Below are positions 57,519 through 64,000 of a DNA stretch of 64,000 nt, one piece after another. Positions within the stretch are counted from its first letter, which is position 1; each line of letters begins with the position of its first letter. Source of the stretch: Cyclobacteriaceae bacterium (GTDB lineage Bacteria; Bacteroidota; Bacteroidia; Cytophagales; Cyclobacteriaceae); the NCBI GenBank assembly GCA_044223085.1, contig JBGAMI010000015.1, positions 8,207 through 72,206 on the forward strand. The letters run 5' to 3'. The notes under the pieces were generated by a model. It had not been told where the DNA came from. It made no database searches and saw nothing but the letters and a program-made list of their open reading frames with translations. Position numbers and translations under genes: made by a program.

Positions 57519-58633
57519 TTATTCTTTGGTCCTGCCAGCTGATAGCATTTACCAGGAAGACTTATCACCAGGTTTCTAAACTCCAGGTTCAATAAATGTG
57601 AGGCCAGCTGACCGGATTCCAAACCAGTACGCATGGAGAGTTCATCAATAGGGGTGGGTACTTTCTTTTCTTTCAATGCGCCGACGATACGCTGTTCATA
57701 GTGGTCCAGTTGAGGAAGTTCGAGAGATAGCTGTGTAGCACCCGATGGCTGGTGTTGCCAATTCATGATATACTCCAGGTCTTTCGCTGAGGTGATGAGG
57801 CTGGCGCGATTGGTCTTGATCAACTGGTTGCATCCTTCTGAATAGGTCTGTCCGACATTGCCGGGCACAGCAAATACATCCCGGTTATAGGTGTTGGCAA
57901 TGTTGGCTGTAATTAAAGCACCTCCGGTCGTTGCGGCTTCCACCACAATCAGGGCATCTGCCAGGCCTGCAATAATCCGGTTGCGGGCAGGGAAATTATG
58001 TGCATCCGGCGGCGTGCCAAACGGGTGCTCTGATATTAGGCCCCCCTGGGAAGTCATGCGCTTTGCCAGGTCCTTATGGGCTGCAGGATAGATAATATCA
58101 ATGCTGCTGCCAAGAACGCCCACAGTGGCAAGTCCGTGTTTTATCGCAGTCTTGTGAGCATGAACATCCACGCCATAAGCGAGTCCGCTGATGATGAGGG
58201 GTGCATGTGGTTTTAGTCCATCGATCAGTTGCTCAACCATCGCCTTGCCGTAGGTGGTTGCCTGCCGGGTACCGACGAGTGCTACCGTTTTGCTGGTATT
58301 GAGGTTGATATTTCCTTTGATGTAAAGGAGGGAGGGTGCGTCTTCAATTCGCGACAGCCGATGTGGGAACGCCGGATCGTTGAAGAAGAGAATATTGGTT
58401 TGGTATTTCTCAGCCTTACGGAACTCCCGTTCGGCGAGGTGCCTGGACTGGCCGGTAACAATAGAATGGGCGGTAGTTTCACCTACACCTGGAATCTTCA
58501 GCAGTAGGTCCTTCTTCATTTTACTTATTGCGACGGCGGATCCACCGTAGCCTATCAATTGCCGGATCAGGAAATCGCCAACACCGGGCACAAAATGCAA
58601 GGTCAAAAGGGCAAGCCGTTCTTCGTTCACCAC
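57506..58633 (-). CDS. dprA: DNA-processing protein DprA
   Basis: SGLAYGVDVHAHKTAI, GVLGSSIDIIYPAAHKDL and FPARNRIIAGLADALIVVEA are present. Confidence 0.9.
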   Translation of the reverse strand: MVNEERLALLTLHFVPGVGDFLIRQLIGYGGSAVAISKMKKDLLLKIPGVGETTAHSIVTGQSRHLAEREFRKAEKYQTNILFFNDPAFPHRLSRIEDAPSLLYIKGNINLNTSKTVALVGTRQATTYGKAMVEQLIDGLKPHAPLIISGLAYGVDVHAHKTAIKHGLATVGVLGSSIDIIYPAAHKDLAKRMTSQGGLISEHPFGTPPDAHNFPARNRIIAGLADALIVVEAATTGGALITANIANTYNRDVFAVPGNVGQTYSEGCNQLIKTNRASLITSAKDLEYIMNWQHQPSGATQLSLELPQLDHYEQRIVGALKEKKVPTPIDELSMRTGLESGQLASHLLNLEFRNLVISLPGKCYQLAGPKNNQAR

Positions 58634-58694
58634 AGGCGTAATTACGACCCCGCGGGACGGTCAAACAATCAGGATTTCAGAGGTATTTCGGGGA

Positions 58695-59039
58695 TTAGTG
58701 CTGATGCATCCGGTCGCGCAGGTCGCTCAGGAACTTGCGGATGGACCTCAGGGAATCGATCATCTCCATCTTGTCCCGTACGGCAACAGAGTCCTGCTTA
58801 AGCATTTCTTTCGCACCATTGAGGGTAAAACCTTTTTCTTTTACCAGGTGGTAAATCAGACGGATCTGGTCAATGTCTTCGCGGGTAAACTGGCGATTGC
58901 CTTTTCGGTTTTTCTTAGGCTGAAGGATATCAAATTCTGTCTCCCAGAAGCGGATCAGTGAAGGGGCTACATTAAACTGCTCGGCAACTTCACCGATGGA
59001 ATAATATAACTTCTCGATTTCTTTCTCCTTGTAAGCCAT
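58695..59039 (-). CDS. MerR family transcriptional regulator
   Basis: The HTH is YYSIGEVAEQFNVAPSLIRFWETEF...R.FTREDIDQIRLIYHLVKEKGFTLNGAK. Confidence 0.85.
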   Translation of the reverse strand: MAYKEKEIEKLYYSIGEVAEQFNVAPSLIRFWETEFDILQPKKNRKGNRQFTREDIDQIRLIYHLVKEKGFTLNGAKEMLKQDSVAVRDKMEMIDSLRSIRKFLSDLRDRMHQH

Positions 59040-59358
59040 GAAGTCTTAGACGGCGGGTGTTGTATTTATGACCTCACGCAAAGTAGCAATTCTTTTCTAT
59101 TGCAAGCAATCCCTGCTTATTTATTTCGCCGGCTGACAGTTAGGGAACTTGGGCTGAAGAGTGCATGGCATGGTTACGCCTAATCATGTGATAGCTCTTC
59201 AGTTAGGGCTGCTCACTTTTGTCTTTTGTTGATGCTCACGCACTTACAAGGAATTAGAGCACGCGCCTGAAAAATGCTGGCCCCTATGTGCCAACTCGCG
59301 TGACACCCCGGCAAATCCGGAGGGTAATAATTCCGGTTTATTTCTGGCTTACAACCCT

Positions 59359-59366
59359 TAAATTTG
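59359..59366 (+). promoter_or_regulatory. Bacteroidota -7 promoter box TAAATTTG upstream of alaS
   Basis: It is a perfect TAnnTTTG match ending 22 nt before the alaS ATG. Confidence 0.4.
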
Positions 59367-59388
59367 CGCTCTTATTCAATTCCTGAGC

Positions 59389-61992
59389 ATGGATTCCGCA
59401 ACGATACGAAAGAAGTTTCTCGAATTTTTTGAAAGCAAAGGCCATCAATTGGTGCCTTCGGCGCCCCTCGTGCTGAAAAATGACCCCAGTCTGCTTTTTA
59501 CCAACTCAGGTATGGTTCAATTCAAAGACTTCTTCCTGGGGAACAGCGTTTCAAAATACAAGCGTGTGGCCGATACCCAGAAGTGCCTCCGCGTGAGCGG
59601 TAAACACAATGATCTGGAGGATGTAGGGTTGGATACCTATCACCACACCATGTTCGAAATGCTGGGTAACTGGTCGTTCGGTGACTATTTCAAGCAGGAT
59701 GCCATTGCCTGGGCCTGGGAACTCCTTACGGAAGTATATCAATTACCAAAAGACCGGCTCTATGTAACGGTATTCGGAGGGGACACGAAAGACAACCTCC
59801 CCATTGATACCGAAGCCAAGGATTTGTGGAAACGTTTCGTTGCTGAAGACCGCATCCTGCACGGTAGCAAGAAGGATAACTTCTGGGAAATGGGTGAATC
59901 AGGACCATGTGGCCCTTGTTCGGAGATACACATCGACCTGAGGCCTGCTGCGGACGTGTCGGAGAAACCGGGCAGGGATTTGGTTAACAGTGATCATCCC
60001 CAGGTGGTAGAAATCTGGAACCTCGTATTTATCCAATTCAACCGACTGGCTTCCGGAGCCCTTGAACCACTGCCAGACAAGCACGTAGATACAGGGATGG
60101 GCTTCGAGCGCCTTTGTATGGCCATTCAGGGCAAGACATCCAATTATGATACGGATGTATTTCGTCCCCTGATGGATTTCATCGCCCGCCATGCATCTGT
60201 GGCGTACGGCAAAGACCGTAAGACCGACATTGCCATCCGCGTGATGGCCGATCATATCAGGGCCGTTTCATTTGCCATCGCAGACGGGCAGCTTCCGTCG
60301 AACACCGGAGCAGGGTATGTGATCCGCCGTATCCTCCGTCGTGCTGTGCGTTATGGGTTCTCTTACCTCAATTTTAAGGATCCATTTATGTACCGTCTGG
60401 TGCCACTGCTGGGGCTCCAGTTGAAAGAGGTCTTTCCCGAACTGCACCAGCAGGTTGATTACGTAAGCCGTGTGGTATTGGAAGAAGAAACTTCTTTCCT
60501 GCGAACGCTCGAGCGTGGGTTGAAGCGAATTGAAACGCTGACGGCCATTAGTGGTGAGCAGGCCTTCGAGTTGTACGACACCTTTGGGTTCCCGTTCGAC
60601 CTCACGTGCCTGATTGCCCGCGAACGGGGAATCACGGTGGAAGAACGCGGGTTCACAGCTGAGATGGAGAAGCAAAAGACCCGGTCGAAGGCAGCAGCAG
60701 CGAAGGAAACCGGAGATTGGGTGCTGATTGGTGAAGATGCCAAGCCTGAGTTTGTGGGGTACGACCATTTGACCACGACCAGCCGCATCACCCGCTTCCG
60801 GAAGGTGAAACAGAAGAATAAAGAAATGTACCAGCTTGTCTTAGACAAGACACCCTTCTATGCCGAGAGCGGGGGACAGGTGGGTGATACGGGTGTGCTG
60901 GAATCAGCTAATGAAAAGGTCCGAATAATCGATACGAAAAAGGAAAATGACTTGATCATCCACCTTACCGAATCGCTCCCAGAAAAACTGGAGGGAGAAT
61001 TTCATGCGTCGGTGAACCCTCGCCAGCGGACCCTTACCATGAATAACCATTCTGCTACGCACCTGCTGCACGCTGCGCTCCGCCAGGTGTTGGGTAAGCA
61101 TGTAGAGCAGAAGGGTTCCCTGGTGAATGACAAGATTCTTCGATTTGACTTCTCTCATTTTGCAGCGATGACACCTGAAGAGATCAGTCAGGTGGAGGTA
61201 ATTGTGAATCAAAAGATCAGAGAGAATATAGCATTGAATGAACAACGAAATGTGCCGATTGACCAGGCAAAAGGGATGGGGGCCATGGCCCTGTTCGGAG
61301 AGAAGTATGGTGAATATGTGCGGGTGATTACTTTCGACCGAAACTTTTCCGTGGAACTTTGTGGAGGTACACATGTACCCGCAACGGGGACAATTGGTCT
61401 GTTCAAGATTATTTCTGAAAGCTCGGTAGCGGCAGGCGTTCGACGGATTGAAGCAGTAACAGCTGACGGCGCGATGGAGTTTGTGAATTCTTCGCTCGCC
61501 TTGTTGGGTGAGATGAAGGCATTATTGAAGCACCCTAAAGATGCCGCAGCCGTATTGCAGAATTTGCTCGAAGAAAAGCATAGCCTGGAGAAGAAGTTGG
61601 ATCAGGTGAATCAGGAGAAAGCGAATCAAGTGAAGGAAATCCTGGCTGGCAAGGCAGTGAAGGTGGATGGTGTGACCCTGATCATCGAGCAGGTAAGCTT
61701 ACCCAACGCCGATGCATTGAAGAATATTGCCTATGGGCTACGCAATCAGTTTGATGATTTATTGCTCATACTGGCTGCAGAAATTGATCAGAAGCCCCAG
61801 GTGGCAGTCATGGTAGGCGAGAAGTTGGAGGCAGGCAAGAAATACCACGCCGGCAATCTGGTGAAGGAACTAGCCCGCGAAATTGATGGTGGCGGAGGCG
61901 GACAACCATTTTTTGCCACGGCGGGCGGTAAAAACCTGAATGGATTATCATCAGTATTGACGAAGGCCCGTCAGTTGGTGAATCAGAAGTAA
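59389..61992 (+). CDS. alaS: Alanine--tRNA ligase
   Basis: FLEFFESKGH, FTNSGMVQFK, the editing-domain motif HSATHLL..CGGTHV and a C-terminal DHHA1-like domain are present in an 867-aa protein. Confidence 0.95.
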   Translation: MDSATIRKKFLEFFESKGHQLVPSAPLVLKNDPSLLFTNSGMVQFKDFFLGNSVSKYKRVADTQKCLRVSGKHNDLEDVGLDTYHHTMFEMLGNWSFGDYFKQDAIAWAWELLTEVYQLPKDRLYVTVFGGDTKDNLPIDTEAKDLWKRFVAEDRILHGSKKDNFWEMGESGPCGPCSEIHIDLRPAADVSEKPGRDLVNSDHPQVVEIWNLVFIQFNRLASGALEPLPDKHVDTGMGFERLCMAIQGKTSNYDTDVFRPLMDFIARHASVAYGKDRKTDIAIRVMADHIRAVSFAIADGQLPSNTGAGYVIRRILRRAVRYGFSYLNFKDPFMYRLVPLLGLQLKEVFPELHQQVDYVSRVVLEEETSFLRTLERGLKRIETLTAISGEQAFELYDTFGFPFDLTCLIARERGITVEERGFTAEMEKQKTRSKAAAAKETGDWVLIGEDAKPEFVGYDHLTTTSRITRFRKVKQKNKEMYQLVLDKTPFYAESGGQVGDTGVLESANEKVRIIDTKKENDLIIHLTESLPEKLEGEFHASVNPRQRTLTMNNHSATHLLHAALRQVLGKHVEQKGSLVNDKILRFDFSHFAAMTPEEISQVEVIVNQKIRENIALNEQRNVPIDQAKGMGAMALFGEKYGEYVRVITFDRNFSVELCGGTHVPATGTIGLFKIISESSVAAGVRRIEAVTADGAMEFVNSSLALLGEMKALLKHPKDAAAVLQNLLEEKHSLEKKLDQVNQEKANQVKEILAGKAVKVDGVTLIIEQVSLPNADALKNIAYGLRNQFDDLLLILAAEIDQKPQVAVMVGEKLEAGKKYHAGNLVKELAREIDGGGGGQPFFATAGGKNLNGLSSVLTKARQLVNQK

Positions 61993-63446
61993 TGAGCGGG
62001 ACAGACAGCAAGTACGAGCCAGTCATTGGTCTGGAGGTTCATGCGCAATTGCTGACCCATTCCAAAATTTTCGCAGGGGATGCCACAGCATTCGGGGATG
62101 CGCCCAATACCAACATCGGCGTGATCACCCTGGGTCATCCCGGCACGCTGCCCAAGCTTAATCTCAAAGCTGTTGAGTTCGCTATCCGGATGGGACTTGC
62201 CTGTGGTTCGGAGATATCACGGTGGCAGATATTTGATCGCAAGAACTATTTCTATCCCGATCTGCCGAAGGGTTATCAGCTTACCCAGGACCGCACCCCT
62301 GTTTGTAAGGGTGGTCAGATTGAAGTGACCACCAAGTCGGGAGTGAAGAAGACGATTCCGCTTCATCGCATTCATCTGGAAGAAGATGCAGGTAAGTCTA
62401 TGCACCTGGAGGGGGAGCAGGACACGGCCGTTGATTTCAACCGGGCGGGTGTTCCCCTGATTGAAATTGTGACATTGCCTGAACTACATTCCTCCGAGGA
62501 AGCCTATGCGTTTTTGGCGGAAGTGAGGAAGCTCGTGCGCTACCTGGACATTTGCGATGGTAACATGGAAGAAGGTTCGTTGCGCTGCGACGCGAATGTT
62601 TCTGTGCGACCGGTGGGTACCACCATCCTGGGAAAGAAGGTCGAGATAAAGAACATGAACTCCATGCGTAATGTGCAGCATGCGATTGATTATGAAATTG
62701 GGAGACAGATCGGGTGCCTGGAGCGGGGCGAGCCGATTATTTCAGAGACACGAACTTTTCAGGTATCGGATGGTAAGACCTATGGTATGAGGACCAAGGA
62801 GGAATTGAACGACTATCGGTACTTCCCTGATCCGGATCTGAGTCCCCTGGAGGTTAACGAATCCTGGTTGAATCAAATAAAAGCCTCGTTGCCATTGTTG
62901 CCCTCGGCCTGGCATCAAAGGCTGGTGAATACCTATGGGCTTACGGCGTATGATGCTACGGTGCTCACTGAAACAAAAGAGTTGGCCGCATATTACGAAT
63001 CGGTGTGCGCTTTGTGTCCCAATTACAAGGCTGTGTCCAATTGGTTGATGGGACCGGTAAAGTCATACCTGAATGAAACAGGTGTTTCTGTTGACCAGTT
63101 GCCGTTAAAGCCTGGTCAATTGGCCGATATGATTGCCCTCGTTGACGGTGGAATACTTAGTTTTGCGGTAGCCAGTCAGAAGTTGTTGCCGGTGATGCTG
63201 CGAGAAGGCGGAAATGCCAGTGCGATAGCTGATGCCCTCAACCTCAGGCAAGACAGCAGCGCCGATTCTTTGGGTCCGGTTGTTGACGAAGTAATACGCG
63301 AATTTCCGCTTAAGGTCGAAGAGTATAAACTCGGCAAGAAGGGAATTATCCGTATGTTTATGGGAGAGGTCATGAAACGAACAGGCGGTAAAGCCGATCC
63401 GAAACTGGCCACTGAATTGATTGAAAAGAAATTAGCTTTATTATGA
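61992..63446 (+). CDS. gatB: Asp-tRNA(Asn)/Glu-tRNA(Gln) amidotransferase subunit B
   Basis: YEPVIGLEVHAQL, NYFYPDLPKGYQLTQ, HLEEDAGK and a C-terminal GatB_Yqey domain are present. It has a TAATG overlap with alaS. Confidence 0.95.
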   Translation: MSGTDSKYEPVIGLEVHAQLLTHSKIFAGDATAFGDAPNTNIGVITLGHPGTLPKLNLKAVEFAIRMGLACGSEISRWQIFDRKNYFYPDLPKGYQLTQDRTPVCKGGQIEVTTKSGVKKTIPLHRIHLEEDAGKSMHLEGEQDTAVDFNRAGVPLIEIVTLPELHSSEEAYAFLAEVRKLVRYLDICDGNMEEGSLRCDANVSVRPVGTTILGKKVEIKNMNSMRNVQHAIDYEIGRQIGCLERGEPIISETRTFQVSDGKTYGMRTKEELNDYRYFPDPDLSPLEVNESWLNQIKASLPLLPSAWHQRLVNTYGLTAYDATVLTETKELAAYYESVCALCPNYKAVSNWLMGPVKSYLNETGVSVDQLPLKPGQLADMIALVDGGILSFAVASQKLLPVMLREGGNASAIADALNLRQDSSADSLGPVVDEVIREFPLKVEEYKLGKKGIIRMFMGEVMKRTGGKADPKLATELIEKKLALL

Positions 63447-64000
63447 AAATATCATCTGTAGTTTTGGTTGCCTTTGTGCTGTTGGTGGCTGCTTGTCAAA
63501 CCGAAAAACCGGGACATGACATTACGATCAAAGGACGTGTTACCTACCCACAGGAAGGCACAATAACGATCACCGAGATTCGTACCGACAGCATCAAACC
63601 ATTTGAGGACACCATACAACTTCACTACGACCACAGCTTCAGCAAGAAAATTCGCATTCAGGAGCCAGGCTTTTACCGGATCAGCTTTTATAAGCGTCAG
63701 TATGTGAGCATTATTCTGGATAAGAATGACCTGGACATAACAGCAGATGCCAACGATCCGGACGGATTTTTTGAAGTGAAGGGCTCTCCGGATCAGGACC
63801 TGGTAGCCAACCTGCAGCGGATGGTCAATGCAGCGCAGGAGTCTGAAGTCGCCAAGCAAATTGGTTCTGAATTTGAGCAGGCTTCCAAAGCCGGGAATGA
63901 AGTCCGGATTCAGGAATTGCAGATGGAATACCAGGAGAAGGTAATGAATGTTGTGTATGATTCGGCTTCCCGGATTGTTGCCAAAGCACCATTGTCACTT
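63443..64000 (+). CDS. Lipoprotein with DUF4369-like N-terminal domain, probably TlpA/AhpC-family thiol-disulfide oxidoreductase. It is 3'-truncated by the window edge.
   Basis: This CDS is not in the ORF track because it has no in-window stop. I translated it by hand as MKISSVVLVAFVLLVAACQTEKPGHDITIKGRVTYPQEGTITITEIR...FYRISFYKRQYVSIILDKNDLDITAD..., open for 186 codons to nt 64000. It has an ATGA overlap with the gatB stop and a lipobox-like LVAAC. The track's antisense ORF 63452..63859 is then spurious. Confidence 0.6.
   Translation, partial: MKISSVVLVAFVLLVAACQTEKPGHDITIKGRVTYPQEGTITITEIRTDSIKPFEDTIQLHYDHSFSKKIRIQEPGFYRISFYKRQYVSIILDKNDLDITADANDPDGFFEVKGSPDQDLVANLQRMVNAAQESEVAKQIGSEFEQASKAGNEVRIQELQMEYQEKVMNVVYDSASRIVAKAPLSL

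Noticed and set aside
59040-59388. T-box or other known tRNA-sensing leader upstream of alaS
   Set aside because: There is no T-box sequence (AGGGUGGNACCGCG-like) or specifier-loop architecture. The predicted promoter also lies downstream of most of the spacer. T-box leaders are not a feature of Bacteroidota as far as is established.
1-64000. Mobile elements, prophage remnants, a defence island, tRNA/rRNA genes or CRISPR arrays
   Set aside because: I recognised no transposase, integrase, recombinase, phage structural gene, restriction-modification system or toxin-antitoxin signature in any frame. I saw no tRNA-like T-arm (GGTTCGAATCC-type) in the intergenic regions and no short repeat/spacer arrays. 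Apart from the adhesin locus, the gene content is core housekeeping.

Overview
This is a Bacteroidota-type chromosomal segment. The evidence is T9SS components, TAnnTTTG-type promoter boxes, and typical Cytophagia/Flavobacteriia housekeeping genes.

Nt 1-18793 is the only clearly accessory region. It holds a giant cell-surface adhesin gene that is open to the window edge and spans about 5,900 codons in-window. The gene contains 26 tandem ~270-bp Ig/PKD-like modules, PKD domains and a type B T9SS C-terminal sorting domain. A PorP/SprF-family partner gene starts 11 nt after its stop. The giant gene is split into two reading frames by a 37-nt gap inside one repeat at about nt 7069.

The remaining ~45 kb is mostly housekeeping:
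- Translation and cell envelope: cca, alaS, gatB, ychF, ftsE, murB, a MacB/FtsX-type permease and an AsmA-like protein.
- DNA and nucleotide metabolism: smc, dprA and dCMP deaminase.
- Regulation: an ECF sigma/anti-sigma pair and a MerR-family regulator.
- Central metabolism: fsa and HMG-CoA lyase.
- A hexuronate cluster: uxaA, kdgK, eda and exuT.
- msrA.
- A ferredoxin/LuxC-like pair.
- DUF58.
- A PUR-like protein.
- A T9SS plug (DUF5103)-like protein.

Four features are not in the ORF track:
- a small SRP RNA (ffs) on the minus strand at ~23600-23696;
- a 3'-open lipoprotein CDS at 63443-64000;
- two intrinsic terminators.

The items most worth a second look are:
- a stand-alone Cas6 homolog with no CRISPR array or other cas gene anywhere in the 64 kb;
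- a perfect 16-bp tandem duplication that frameshifts an ABC-F ATPase;
- the frame break and repeat architecture of the adhesin;
- a (GGT)n tract inserted into the conserved start of the adhesin's sorting domain.

I found no transposase, integrase, prophage, CRISPR array, tRNA or rRNA. I also found no convincing multi-gene defence island.
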